A program made the position numbers and the translations under genes. From positions 1-46,717 of the IMG/VR virus record IMGVR_UViG_3300028591_000002: a stretch of DNA of 46,717 nucleotides, one strand, 5' to 3'. Under the pieces are notes generated by a model that saw nothing but the letters and a program-made list of their open reading frames with translations, made no database searches and had not been told where the DNA came from. This document shows, piece by piece, positions 1 to 13,221 of the stretch. How positions within the stretch are numbered: the first letter of the stretch is position 1; every line of letters starts with the position of its first letter. The DNA comes from a virus. Its lineage: Duplodnaviria > Heunggongvirae > Uroviricota > Caudoviricetes.

Positions 1-1176
1 GATAATACTGCTTTATAGAATTTTAATTATTTAGCTAAAGATGGATTTACTAAAGATGAAATATCAAGGCTTAGTGGTAATAAATTTTTAGAAGGAATAA
101 CATTTGACGAAGACCCTAATAATAGTGATACATTCTTAGCTAGAAAAACTCCTGGAAAATCTAACTATTAGGATATTTTAAATTCAACAACTACAAAACC
201 AGTTGCTGAACAAACTACACCAGGAATATTACCTGGGGGATTTAAAAAAGCTACTATTAACTCTGCTTAGATAAATCCAATAAATGAAATACAAGAAATA
301 AATTAGGATGTATTAAACAAAAATAAATATAAGGGTTTAAAATTAGAATCTGCTAAAAAAGGAAATAAAATTATGAATAAATATCAATAGGGTGGAGATA
401 TGGCTCCACAATAGGATGACATGCAATCCCAAATAATCCAATTAGTACAAGCTGCTATGCAGGGGGATGAACAAGCAGCACAATAGATTGAATAGATAAT
501 GCAAGCTGCTCAACAAGGAGACCAACAAGCTGCTCAAATAGCACAAATGATTCAGGAAGTTGTTCAACAAATGTAGGGACAAGCTGCTCAAGCTGCTAAA
601 CAAGGTGCTAAATTAAATTACATTAAAAGACTTAGAGGTGAATGTAAACCTGATGAAGAATTAGTTTACTTTAAATCTGGTGGACAAGTTTGTAAGAAAT
701 GTCAAAAGAAAGCAATAAAAAAAGCTTGTGGTGGAAAGAAAATGTTTAGAGCTGGAGGAACTTTATTAATGAATGATATTCTTACTGAAATTTATGCTAA
801 AGGTGGTGGTCTTCATACTGCATTTGGTGGTAAAGTATCTAATCCAGAAGGAAGATATGGTGGTCGTAAAGCATTTAATCCAAATGGAACACATCAATTA
901 GACCAACATGATAAACCTAATAAATTTACTGCATTTGGTGATGAAGGTAGAAAAAAACCTACAAACTCTGGATTAACAGGACATCATGCAACAGGAAAAG
1001 CAGGTAGAATGCAAAATAAACAAAGTGCTGGAACAACTTATAAAGCAACAGCATTTGGAGGAGATAAACAAAAAAGAAGTCATAAAGGAACAGGTGGAGT
1101 GCCTCGTTCTGGATTAAGAACTATTCCTGGATATCCTAAAGGACATGGTGGAAAAACTGGAATAGGCAGAATTTAA
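1..1176 (+). CDS. 5'-partial low-complexity protein with about 10 xxGG motifs, a Gln-rich helical segment, a CxxC cluster and a basic C-terminus (probable internal virion/cargo protein)
   Basis: Frame 1 is open from base 1 to TAA 1174-1176 when TAG=Gln. It contains KYQ*GG, the Q-rich MQSQIIQLVQAAMQGDEQAAQ*IE*IMQ, CKKC, and FRAGG/YAKGG/AFGG. A possible internal start lies at 373. Confidence 0.75.
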
Positions 1177-1182
1177 TAAATA

Positions 1183-1770
1183 ATGTTACATATATTTCAA
1201 TATAATAATGTTAATGGAAAAATTGAACTTGAAAAACCAGAAATTCTTTTAGTAAAAGAGTTTGCTGAGTTAATGAATAATGAACGAAATAAATGTAAAG
1301 AGGATAAAACTGGAGAAAAACATTTAAGAGCTTTTCGAGAGTTTACATATATATGGTTAGCATTAGATTGGCAATCACTCTATTCTAACTATTCGGAACA
1401 AGAACGACATCAGGAAGCATTAAAAGATTCTGGTCTTTCTGAAGATGAGTTCAATGATCCAAGTTTCAGAGCAGCTTGTAGAAAATATAGAGCTTTACAA
1501 GAAAGTAATAGAACTATACGAATGCTACATGCCGCTCAAAAAACTGTAGATAAGTTTACTGATTATTTTGAAACTATCGACCCATAGGAAAGAGATGTTC
1601 AAACAGGTAAACCTATTTATAAAGTAAAAGATATTATGTCAGAAATTTCACAACTTTCTAAAGTTAATGAGGAATTAAAAATATTAGAAGGGCAAGTGAA
1701 GAAAGAATTAGCTGAAGAATCAAAACTTCGTGGTGGAGCTATTGAAGGATTTACACCTCAAGGATTTTAA
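1183..1770 (+). CDS. Hypothetical protein (195 aa) immediately upstream of TerL; candidate terminase small subunit
   Basis: One TAG (1585) read through to TAA 1768-1770; helical and charged. The TerS call rests on position only. Confidence 0.6.
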
Positions 1771-1772
1771 TT

Positions 1773-4058
1773 ATGGAAAAGAAAAAACGAGGAAGACCAA
1801 AGAAAATAGAATTGCCAGAAGAAGTTCAGGAAGTGCTTGATATTATAAAGGAAACTAAACAAAAAGAAGAAAATGAATTTCATTAGATAGTAGAAGAAAG
1901 TAAAACACAACATAGAAAAGGAGAATGGGATGTTCCTATAGATTAGGAAATTAAATACTTTGATTCTAGACTTTCTTACGAATTAACAGGTTATAAACCA
2001 ATTAATGATACTCAAGGTTTAGATTTTGATCCTGAATGGTTTGTTGAAGCTAAGAATACATTTGAAAGACATGGTAAATATTGCTAGTTTGCAAATGGAA
2101 CAAAATCTTATAATGATTTCTGGCAAAAAGAATATGAAAGATGTAGAGATGGAATGACTGTTAATGGATATACAATAACTGGAGACCATTACTACTTTTT
2201 AAATTATTATAGACTTGAAGATTTAACTTCTGCAACAAAAGCAGGTGGTGGTAGACGAGTTAGTTTTCCTCAATTCTTTGTAGCACAATATGAGTATTTT
2301 CATTACATAGAATTATGTAAAAGATTAAGAAAAGATGCTATAGGGTTGAAGGCTAGAGGAGTCGGTTTTAGTGAAATAGCCGCTTGTATTGTAGCAAATA
2401 CTTATAATTGTAGAAGAGAAAGTATGTGTGTTATAGCAGCATAGCAAGAAAATTATGTTTCTAAAACAATGTCTAAAGTAAATCTTTAGTTAGATTTTTG
2501 TAATGAAAAAACTGATGGAGGATTCTTTAAATTAAGACAAAAGAAAAATACAGAATTAAATAAAAGAGCTTCTATTGTTAAAAAGATAGACGGACAAGAA
2601 GTAGAAACTGGTTGGATGTCTGAAATAAATGCTATAATTGCTGATAAACCAAATAAAATTAGAGGTGATAGAACTGATATATTATTATATGAAGAAAGTG
2701 GTTCTTGGCCTAATTGGAAAAAGGCATATATTCAAGGAGAAGCATTAGTAGGTATTCAAGGTTCCAAATTCGGAATTAGAATGGCTTGGGGTACTGGTGG
2801 AGACGCTGGACCTGCTTTAGAAGGACTTGCTGATGCTTATGAAAATCCAGAGATATATGATGGATTACCTTATAAACATTGCTTTACTCCTACAGGAGAA
2901 GAAACTATAACAGCCTATTTTATTCCAGCATATGCAATATTAAATAAACCTGGTTATATTGACAGTAGAGGATATTGTAATTATGCTAAAGCTAAAAAGT
3001 ATTTCGAAGACGTTAGAATATCCAAAATGAGTGATAGAAATGCTTATTTAATCTATTGTGCGGAATATTGCTTTACTGCTGATGAAGCCTTAGCTTTGGA
3101 AGGAACTAATAAATTTAATAAAGTTTTAATTTCAGAATAGATTGCTAGAATTAATCTTTATAAAGAAGGTCCTGAAGTACAACATGGTGATTTATAGTTT
3201 CTTTACAAAAATGGAAAACATGATTTAAAAAATATAAGTGGTGTTAGATGGGTTTAGAGTAATTTAGGAAATATACACATAATAGAAAAACCTTTATGGG
3301 AAATTCAGTCAGATGACGAATCTTATAAAGAAATGAGAAATTTATATATAGCTGGAATTGATGGTATAGATATCGGCCAAGAACAAACCTCTGAATTTAC
3401 TAAAGATCCTTCTAAGTTTTGTATAGTAATTAAAAAAAGACAATTTGGAATGTAGTCTCCAAAATACGTAGCTTATTATATGCTAAGGCCTGATGATATT
3501 AGAGATGCTTATAAAGCAGCAATTAAATTAATGATGTATTATAATTGTATGTGTAATATAGAAGCAACTAGATTATCATTTTGGAATTGGTGTAAAAATA
3601 ATGGTTGGGCAAATTACTTTATGAGAAGACCTAGAGCTACATATCCAGAGACAGCTAAAAAAATAAGTAATTCTATAGGAACTCCTGCAACAAAAGCAGT
3701 AATAGACCATCAAACAGATTTAATAGCTGCGTATGTTGAAGATTACTGTTCTGAAATATGGTTTCCAGAAATACTTGATTAGTTAAATCGATATACTGAT
3801 GAACATAAAGGAAAATTTGACCTTATTGCTGCAATGGGAATGGCTGAATTAGCCGATGAAGAATTATCTGGAGTGGTTCCTACATAGTTAGAACCTGAGG
3901 ATGAAAACAAATGGCAAGATATTGGTTGGTATAAAGATGAATATGGTATAAGAAGATATGGAATAATTCCATAGAAAAATAAAATTACTACTAATTTTAA
4001 TATGAGTATAGACTATTATGGAGGATTTAACAGAACAAGCGATCCTCGATTCGTTTGA
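1773..4058 (+). CDS. terL: Terminase large subunit (761 aa)
   Basis: Track ORFs 2154, 2616 and 3480 share a frame and join through TAGs. Walker A LKARGVGFSE, Walker B LLYEESG, coupling motif WGTGG and RNase H-like YIAGIDGID are present; ends TGA. Confidence 0.93.
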
Positions 4059-4311
4059 GGAAGTATACAATAAAAAATATATAGGAACCCTTAGAATAAC
4101 AAAACTTAAGCCTATCGGATATAATGTTCGATTAGGAATGAATAATGATGATAAACCTATAAATATTTCAGCACAATTGGATGCTGAAAATTTTATAAAG
4201 TTTTTTAAATAGGAAATAAGAGATAGAAGCTGGAATCATGTTAAATGGTTTTTAGGCTATAAAATGTATCCAGATAATGGTAGTCCAATTAATTCAAAAT
4301 GTTGCCAATGA
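4018..4311 (+). CDS. Small hypothetical protein (97 aa) between TerL and portal
   Basis: TAG 4210 read through; ends ...SKCCQ TGA, overlapping the portal start (ATGA). Confidence 0.75.
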
Positions 4312-6509
4312 AAAAAGATCAAGAGTTAATTGATTATACTAATAAGACAATAGCAGAACTTGTGTATCCTAAGTGGAACTTACAAAAGGCATATAATTAC
4401 TACAATGGTATAATGGACGCCGATTAGTTTAGATACTTGGAAGAAAACTATGGAATTGGTAATCCAACTTCTGTAGAATTTATACCTTTAATAAAAAAAC
4501 ATGTTGATGCTTTAGTTGGAGAGTATTTAGGAACTCCAATCTTACCAAAAGTATCATGTAAAGATTCTGCTACTTTAAGTAAAATAAATAGAGAAAAAGA
4601 ATTAAAAATAGCTAATGACGTATTAGAATTTCTCTAGAAAAGATTGAAAAATAAATTATTATAGTTTATACAAGAAGGTCAATAGAATCCAATTGTAGAT
4701 ACTTCTATACAACAAGACATAGATAATCTAAAAGAAGAGTTAGATTAGAATTTTATATCTGAATATGAAATAGCTGCTCAAAATGTTGTTGAATATTTAA
4801 TGCAGTCTAAAGAAACAGATATGCTTACTAAATTGAAAACTCTTATATTAGATTTATTAATTACTGGGTATACTTTTTTTAGAGCAAAACCAACAGTTGG
4901 AAACAACAATGTTACTATAGAAGTATTAAGTCCTTTAAATACTTTTCCAGAAGAAAATCCGGAATCTCCTTATATTAAAGATTCAAAGAGAATAGTAATT
5001 AGAAAATGGCTTACTAAACAGGACATTTTAAATACTTATGGAAAGAATTTAAAAAAGAAAGATATTGATCTAATTAAAGAATCGTGGCAAGATGCCTTTG
5101 ATACTTCTACCTATTACGTAAGGTCTTTTACTAATTCTAATGGAACTCCAGCAACTGAAGGTTTATAGGCCGGAAGGGAAATAGTTCCAGGATATCCAAC
5201 GGGTCCTTATAATAGTTATAATTATAAGTTAATTCCTGTATATGAAGTAGAGTGGATAGAAACAGATAAAGACTTTGTGATGCAAAGATACAGAACTGTT
5301 AGAATAGGAGAAAGTATTTATATTCTTTATGGTAAAGATGATAATGTAATAAGGAGTATGGATAATCCAACAAAGTGTTCTTTATCTGTAAATGGAGTAT
5401 ACTTTATTAATAGAGGTTCTAAACCTTATTCTTTAGTATTAGCTTGTGCTTCTTTACAAGATAAATATAATATCCTACATTTTTATAGAGATAATTTAAT
5501 AGCTAGTTCTGGAAATGTTGGAGATTGGATTGATGTTTCTATGCTTCCTAAATTCTTAGGAGATTCTTTACCAGAAAGATTACAAAAATTCTTAGCTTAT
5601 AAAAAATCTGGAATTGCTCCAATTGATACTTCATAGGAAGGTAGGTTGGGTGCTGGACAAGCTCCTATAAATACTATCTTTAATGGATATGATGACACTG
5701 TTAAAGCTCCTATGATTCAAGCTATTCAAATAGCTATAGATTCTATAGAGCAAACAGCCTCTTCTATAACAGGAGTATTTAGAGAAAGATTAAACGGAAT
5801 ACAACAAAAAGATGCTGTAACTAACGTACAAACTTCTATGAATAATTCCTTTACTATAACAAAATAGTATTATCATTAGATGGATTTAGTTGTAGAAGGA
5901 ATTCTTTCAGACTCCTTAGATGAAGCCAAAAGAGTATTTAAGAATGGATTAACTGGAACTATAATCTTAGGAGATAAATATTAGAGAGTTTTTACAGCTC
6001 TTCCAGAGTATTTTACTCTTAGTGATTATGATATTCATATTGTTACTAGTGACATAATAACACGACAATTAGAACAATTAAAGCAATTAGTTCCAGATTT
6101 AATTAAATCTTAGATAATGGGTCCAGATTTAATTGTAGAAGCAGTAACTACTAGAAGTATTTCTGATTTTAAATATAAAGTTCTTAAAGCAATTAAAAAG
6201 CAGAAAGAAGAAAATAATCAATTAGCAGAATTACAATAGTAGAATGATTAGATGAAACAAGAATTATAGAAATCACAAAAACAAATAGAACAACTTCAAG
6301 ATAAGGTAGAAAGATTAAATGAAGCTAAAATTAAAATTGAAGCTGAAAAGAATCAAATGCAAAATGAAGTAGACTGGTTCAAAGCTCGTACTGAACGTAC
6401 TTATAAAGAAGCTGTAGCAAAACAAGATGCTAGGAGAACTGATATTGAATTCCTTCAATTGCATGATGGAAATCCTTATAATGATGAAGTTGTAAATGCT
6501 AGAACATAA
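4308..6509 (+). CDS. Portal protein (733 aa)
   Basis: Track ORFs 4437, 4800, 5277 and 5646 are in one frame. Crassvirales-portal-like segments (AYNYYNG, PLIKKHVDALVGE, SSITGVFRERL) and a C-terminal Q/E-rich coiled coil; position after TerL. Confidence 0.88.
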
Positions 6510-6634
6510 TGAGAAATTGTGGTTGTGTGGAAGGCGCAGAGCCTCCAAAAATTAATATAACTAGTTGTGCTATACAATTGGAATGTGGAGATTATATATT
6601 ACAGGAAACTGAATGTAAAATTTTACAAGAATGA
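6509..6634 (+). CDS. 41-aa Cys-rich peptide (MRNCGCVEG...)
   Basis: ATG overlaps the portal TAA and TGA overlaps the next ATG, so it is coupled on both sides. Confidence 0.6.
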   Translation: MRNCGCVEGAEPPKINITSCAIQLECGDYILQETECKILQE

Positions 6635-7050
6635 GTTGTACTAATCTTAAAATTAGTGAAATGCCTTTTGCACATTGTTTATCAGGAAAAGAGTTAGTTC
6701 CTATTGTGCAAAATGGGGAAAATAAAGTAACTACTATTGACCATTTATTCCCTAATCCTTGTGATAAGAAAAATCCAGATTGGAATCCTAATTGGGCTCC
6801 TTGTGGGGACAGAGGTCCTTGGGAAAATGAACCTATGTTTAGACCTCATGAAGATGATTTAGTGAAAAAAGCCTTTTCTAAAGCAACTGTGGCTCAAGCA
6901 GATTCTGAATTAGCTTTAACTAAAATTCAAGAATTAAATTTTGAATTAGGAAAATTGAGAGCTGCTAATTATGATTTAACTACCAGAGTTGCTGAATTAG
7001 AAAGAAGATTAAGTAATATAGGAAATAATACAAATTAGAATAATGGTTAA
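6631..7050 (+). CDS. Hypothetical fibre-associated protein (139 aa) with C-terminal coiled coil
   Basis: N-terminal KISEMP...SGKELVPIVQNGEN, a motif typical of phage fibre N-termini; TAG 7036 read through to TAA. Confidence 0.7.
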
Positions 7051-7528
7051 TAATTGGGAAGACTTTGTAAATCAAAACCCACCTCAATAGCAAAGAATTA
7101 TGGAAGAGTTAAAACGTGGTATTCCAAACAGACCACCTGTTCCACCAATACCTCATATGCCAGATGATGACAGAGCAGCTTTATACATATCAAGAGAAGC
7201 CTTAGAAAAAGCAAATATGGCTATGGCAGATGCTAATGTGGGAATGAATAAAGTTAGAGAAATACTAACAGTTGTTGAAGATTTTTTAGTCAAATATGAA
7301 GATTTAAAAATGAAACTTATAGATGCCAAAATAGAGATAGATTATTTAAGAGATAAAGTTAGATCTTTAAGTGTTTGGAAAGGACAAACCAGTACAAATA
7401 GTAGTGCAATAAATACTATAGAAAATCTAATAGGAATTCCAGATGGAAATACTGGACCTATATTAGATAGAATAGCTGCATTAGAAAGAGAAGTTTTTCC
7501 TCCAGAAACACCTGAATTAACAGATTAA
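7043..7528 (+). CDS. Coiled-coil hypothetical protein (161 aa)
   Basis: Upstream in-frame ATG 7043 with a TAG at codon 16; heptad pattern; PH(M/E)..DD segment resembles the preceding gene. Confidence 0.65.
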
Positions 7529-7561
7529 ATGATTTAAAAATTTCTATTTAGGTAAAAATTA

Positions 7562-8269
7562 ATGAGTTTCACATTAAGAAAATTAGGAAATAATAAGGTT
7601 CAAGTAGTGGATTCTTTAGATGGGTATTTGTCAGAAGATTCTGATTTAATTCCTTATAAAAAATTTAAATATTCTGAAACAATATCTCTTAACGTTTTAA
7701 TGGAAAATACTTCTATTATATCTTACTTTATATCTAAACATGATAGAGACAGTGAAACAGTTTTTCAACTACCTCATGATGGGAGATATACAATATATCA
7801 TATAATATTACCAACTGAAACATGGATAAGAAAAATATCTTTATCTGATGCTATTAGGTATAATTATATATTTACCGTAATAAACGATATTTTATATAAA
7901 TATAACATTCATACTTAGAATGTAGAAGAAACAGAAATTGAAGAAATTTTACAAAATTTAGAAAATGTTATATGGTCTAGATTAGAAGTATTTTCTATTG
8001 ATTCTTTTGAAGAAACAATAAAAAATTTAGCTACTGAAGAAAATTGTTATTGTAATTCAAAACAACTAAATTTTGAAAATTGTTTAACTCTTTATGAAAT
8101 GTTAAAATATTATTTAGAATGTGAGGACTTTGATAAGGCTGAAAAATATCTACCTAAGATTTCTTCAAATTTAAGAAAAAAATCTAGTATTAAATTTGAA
8201 AAATATAAAGTTCCTGAAATTCCTAAAGAAGAACCTAATTGCGATTGCTATGAAAGAACATTGCTATGA
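7562..8269 (+). CDS. Hypothetical virion protein (235 aa), likely paralog of 20138..20863
   Basis: TAG 7916 read through; DGRYTIYHI / VFSIDS / C-terminal CDC mirror DGYYTLIQL / FFSICF / CGC of the paralog. Confidence 0.7.
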
Positions 8270-10142
8270 ACCTATTGTAAAAGTCGAGTATGGTTGGAGA
8301 ATAGATTACAATCCATGCAGACATTATAATACTTTATATATAACAATAGATACAAAAGAATTATTATTTAATGGGGTATCCTATAATAGATTTAACATTT
8401 AGGACATCAATTATTAGAATGGAACAATTTACATAAATGTAGGAAATAGACTGTTAAGTTGTAAACTTCCAACTGCTACTACTAGTTGTCCTGGATTAAT
8501 GTCCCCATTAGATAAACAACAATTAGATTATATATTTCAACTTTTATAGGATGGAGTAGATTCTATAAATATTTCAGAAAATACTTCTTGGGGAGTTGGA
8601 TTATTTAAAAATACAGATAAACAAATACAACCTATAGTTAGTCCTGTTACAACCTTAGAAGAATTAAAAAATCTTCCAGAAGATACAGAAAAGCTAGTTT
8701 CAGCATAGTTATTAAAAAGATTGATAGAATTAAACGGATTAATATATGAAGTAGATGATACTCCTTTAACATATGATGTTTCAATAACTATAGGGGAAAA
8801 TACATATAGAGGTTCTGTAGAAGAAGGAAATAGTATTTCGTTTGAACATATTGCAATACCAGAAGGATATGAATTAAGAAATTTACCAGAGGGGTTCATA
8901 TACAATAATGGAATTTTGACTATTTCTAATGTTACAAATACTATAGAAAGAAAATTAACATTAAGTACAATAGTATATACAATAACAGTAGGCGAGAATC
9001 TAGAACCTTGGAATATAAGTCAAAATAATATTGATTAGTATACTATCGAAAGTGCAGATTTTAATTTAGAATTTGAATTAAAACCTGGGTATGAAGGAGC
9101 TTCAGTAACTTATAAAGTAGGAAATGAAAATCCTATTCCAGTTACTTCTAATAATAATGTATATATTATTAGTATTAGACGTGGGCAAATTGGTAATATA
9201 GTTGTTACATTAAGTGCTAGTGAATCTGTAATTCTTAATAGTATAGAAGTTTCTGGTTCTTATGGATTAAGTGATATTAAAATTTATTCTGGAGGAACAA
9301 ACAAAAAATCTACAACTTGGAATACAGGTACAGTAACTGCGACATATTCAAATGGTACACATGCTACTGTTACAAGTAGTGCAACTGTTACATTAAGTTC
9401 ATCTAATGATTCAATTGCAAAAGTTAATGGAACAACAATTACTGCAGTTGCTCAAGGTGAAGCAACAATTACAGCACACTATTCATATACTGAAGGTAAT
9501 ATAATTAAGACAGTTGATAAACAAGCAACAATAACAGTTACTCCTAAAGCAGTCACTTCAATTAGATGGGCTGAAACAAGTACAGTCACAAGAACAGTTG
9601 GGGAACCTCTTAACTTAGGTAATATTATAGTAACATATAATAATACTGATACTGAAAACAAAGTATATAATGCAAATGGTGTAACATTATGGACAAATCC
9701 TGAAGGAACAAATTCATTTAATAATTCAGAAGTTGGCACACATAGATTATATGCTAAATATGATGATAAAATAACTACAAATAGTAGAGAAGTAACATTA
9801 AGACAGGTAGTAACTTATTATTGGTATGTTGGAACTACTGTGCCAACAAATCCTACAAATAATGATGAAAACACTGGATTGAATAAATGGACTAGTTTAG
9901 GAAGCAGTCTTCCAACATCAAGTATTAAAGTAACAAAAGTGGATGATACCTACAACTATCATACGTGGTATATAGCTGCTCCTAATGCTGCAAACTTTGT
10001 ATTATATAATGCAACAAATGTGGCATCTAATGAAGCTGGTTGGAATAAAACATTATCCGCATTTACAGTTGATTCAATTCCATATACATTATGGACAAGT
10101 AAAGCTACAAGCTATCAAGCAGTTGGATATTTACATAAATAA
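8250..10142 (+). CDS. Fibre/adhesin with bacterial Ig-like (Big_2-type) domain (630 aa)
   Basis: Continuous frame with TAG=Gln; fibre repeat ATTSCPGLMSPLDKQQLD; Ig-like SSNDSIAKVNGTTITAVAQGEATITA; Thr/Ser-rich beta sequence. Confidence 0.75.
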
Positions 10143-10168
10143 AATTAAATATATAAATTAAATAAAAT

Positions 10169-11503
10169 ATGGCAACAATTCAACAAAATAATATTACATT
10201 TACACTAAATGCTGACGTAGTAGCTCCATTTAGTGGTAAATATACTAATGATACTAATTATGATCCGTCTACTGAATTATATAACGTAAATCAAAATAAG
10301 TTAGATAATGCTGGTGTTGGTAAATCTTTTAATGCAGTAGAAATAGATTGGAATGGTGCAAAAATTAGATTAAAGGGAGATTAGGCAGATAGAACTATTG
10401 AAAATACAGGACAATTACTCAAGGCTTTACAAGATGCTTCTAATTCTGGACAAACTCTTCAAGAAGTACTAGGATCTAATCCTTTAGGAAGTTTAAATAC
10501 TCCTATTTACTGGACTGGAGCTAGTTTTGCAGCAGCTCAGAGTTATCCAGGAGATGCTACTACAAATTCTTCTGGATTAATGTCTGCGGGTGATAAAGAA
10601 AAGTTAGATACTCTTAATATTTTAAGAGCAGCTACTTCTAATGCTTTAGGTGGTATAAAAATAGGATATATTGATAATAGTAATAAATATGCTGTTCAAT
10701 TAGACGAAAATAATAAAGCATTTGTTTCTATTCCTACTACTATAAACGCAACAATTAATACTCTTTCAGATAATGAATTAGTAGTTACTGATAATAACAA
10801 TAATGAAAAATTCAAAATATAGTTAACAGAGTTAGCTCTTCCAAATAATTCCAGTGGAACCATTGGAGGTATAAATCTTGTTGTTGGAAATGATAGTATA
10901 CATACTTATTTACCATCTTTCCGTGTAAATTCTAATAATAGAACAATTACTTATATAGGTTCTGATGGAAACGCTACTGATGGAGTTATTAGATTTGGTA
11001 GCTTAGAAATAGTAGATGTTTTAGATGGACTTATTGCTAAAGATAATTAGGGTGAATATTATGTTGGAGTAATAGTTGATGATGTAGATTCAGCTTATGA
11101 TCCTACTGTTCATTTAAACTATCCAGTTTATATTGGAGATTTATTTTTACAACAAATAAATGTAGCAGAATTAGGACAACCTGAAGAATTAGAATATCAC
11201 TTATTTGTATGTAATGATTTTAGTTCAGATGAAAATCCACAAGCTCCATTTAATGGAAATGCTTATTTTGAAGATTTAGGAGTATTCCCTGGAAATAATA
11301 TAACTATAGAAGCTACTAATATAAATTTACAAGATGGTGGTTTCAGTATAGGAGAAACTAATATAAGTAGTGTTCAAGACGCAATAGATAATACACTTTA
11401 CTATGAAGTAGTAGGTGATATTGGAGATTTAGAAGAAGAAGATAACGGCGCCGATGAAGAAGATAATGGAAATTCTGGAGAACCAGAAAATCCTGGAAAT
11501 TAA
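10169..11503 (+). CDS. Fibre protein (444 aa)
   Basis: Fibre repeats ATTNSSGLMSAGDKEKLD and AATSNALGGIKIGY..YAVQLD; SSVQDAID near an acidic C-terminus; ends TAA. Confidence 0.75.
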
Positions 11504-11565
11504 AAAAGATAAAGATTAATCATTTAGATTTTTTAATTTTTTATAAATTTTAAATTTTATTAGTT

Positions 11566-12396
11566 ATGGAATCAAAAATTATGATGCTTCCAGAAAACAA
11601 CAACAACGGTTTCTTAGGAAATGGCTTCGGTGGTGGAGTTCTTGGTTTTATTTTAGGTTTACTTTGTGGTAATGGTGGTTGGTTTGGAAACGGATTCGGC
11701 GGAGGAAATGGTGCTGGATATGCAGTTCAAGCCAACAACACAGATTTAATTATGCAAGCAATCAACGGAACAGATTCTGATATTCGTTTATTAGCTACAA
11801 CTTTAAATGCTGATGTTAATGAAACTAGAAATGCTATAAACGCAGTTCAAGGTGCTATTTCCCAAGTAGGTGCTTAGAATGGAATGGGATTCCTACAAGT
11901 TGTAAATGCTATTCAAAGTGGCAATGCTGCTTTATCTAGACAGCTTTGTGAATGTTGCTGTGAAAACAGACTTTTGACCACTCAGTAGAATTATGAAAAT
12001 AGAATTCAAGGAGAGCAAAATACCAGAACTATTACAGATGCCATCAATAATCAATCAACCCTTATTACTAAAGAATTTTGTGAGCTTAAAGAACGTGAGC
12101 TTCAAAATAAGATTGATGCCCTTACTGCTGATAATGCATTACTTCGTTCTAATGCTAATAATGCAATGCAAACTGCATTTATTAATGAAAAATTTGCACA
12201 AGTTCAAGCAGAGTTAGCCGCTATTAAAGCTTCTCAGCCAGCTACAATTACTGTTCCAAACAATAATTGGACCGCTGTTCCTACATTACTTGCTAATGCA
12301 GGTGCTGATTTCATTTCAAGTTATTGGGCTAATAGATTAACTCAAGCAGTTACTCCAGTTACTGGTGGAACTACAACTCCAACTCAACAAGGTTAA
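11566..12396 (+). CDS. Gly-rich/hydrophobic N-terminus + coiled-coil + CECCC protein (276 aa); gene 1 of a 5-gene cassette
   Basis: Track ORFs 11566 and 12166 join through two TAGs; GGGVLGFILGLLCG, RQLCECCCENRL. Confidence 0.85.
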
Positions 12397-12398
12397 TT

Positions 12399-12647
12399 AT
12401 GATTATTTACGAATTTAAAGAATCAGCTTATAATAAAGCATTTGACCTTTTAGATGAGATTAAAGAACATGGAAAAAAGGTTAAAATGGCAGTATGTGCC
12501 CTTGAAGATGCTTTATATGATTGTTATGAATCAGAAGAAGATATAATGGAAGATGAAGATAATTTAGACTCCAATTTAAAAGATGGGGAAATGTATAGAA
12601 GAAATATGAAAATGCGTAGACGTAACATGCGTAGACGTAGATATTGA
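12399..12647 (+). CDS. Small acidic protein with Arg-rich tail (82 aa); cassette gene 2
   Basis: Intact ORF ending RRNMKMRRRNMRRRRY. Confidence 0.8.
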   Translation: MIIYEFKESAYNKAFDLLDEIKEHGKKVKMAVCALEDALYDCYESEEDIMEDEDNLDSNLKDGEMYRRNMKMRRRNMRRRRY

Positions 12648-12656
12648 TTTTATACT

Positions 12657-12693
12657 GAGAAGAGGATTAATTTCCTCTTCTCTTCCTTTTTTT
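12657..12693 (+). terminator. Intrinsic terminator-like hairpin
   Basis: GAGAAGAGGA-ttaatt-TCCTCTTCTC perfect 10-bp stem followed by TTCCTTTTTTT. Confidence 0.75.
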
Positions 12694-12708
12694 AAAATTT
12701 AAAAGAAT

Positions 12709-13221
12709 ATGTTTTCGTCAATGAGGCCTGGTTCTACTATCTATATTTTAGATAAGAGTGAAAAACCAGCAGTAAAAATAGGTCATGTTGAAAATGTAAC
12801 TTAGCCTAGAGCAATGTATCCAACTTATAATCCAGCATTAAGTTTTGGAACTAATATGCAAACAGTTGTTGATATTGCTGTAAAAGTGGATAATGAAAAG
12901 AAGGATATTATAGGAATACCTAGCAACGAGACCTTATACTCTAAAGGAGATTTTGTAATTAGTGAGACTAGAGAAGCAATGATTTCTGAAGTTGATGCTA
13001 TGTTACAAAATAGCAAAAATGTATTAGATAGTATAGATAAACATAAGATGATTATTGAATCTTGTGAAGACATTCTAAAAGATTTAAATCCAATTTATGC
13101 TAAGGATAAAGAAAGAGATTCTATTATAGAAGATTTATCTTCAAAAGTTAATAATATGCAAAATGTTTTGACTAGATTAGAAGCTTTTTTAAACAATACT
13201 TAGAAAAATGGAACGAACTAA
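12709..13221 (+). CDS. Hypothetical protein with C-terminal coiled coil (170 aa); cassette gene 3
   Basis: MFSSMRPGSTIYILDK... joins track ORF 12814 through a TAG and reads through TAG 13201 to TAA. Confidence 0.8.

Noticed and set aside
1773-4058. Intron or intein in TerL
   Set aside because: The frame is continuous at ordinary length, with no intein termini or homing-endonuclease motifs noticed.
1773-6509. TerL and portal as pseudogenes of a decayed prophage
   Set aside because: All interruptions are in-frame TAG, with no frameshifts or internal TAA/TGA, and catalytic motifs are intact.
12612-12639. ATGCGTAGACGTA direct repeat
   Set aside because: Explained by the MRRR duplication in an Arg-rich tail.
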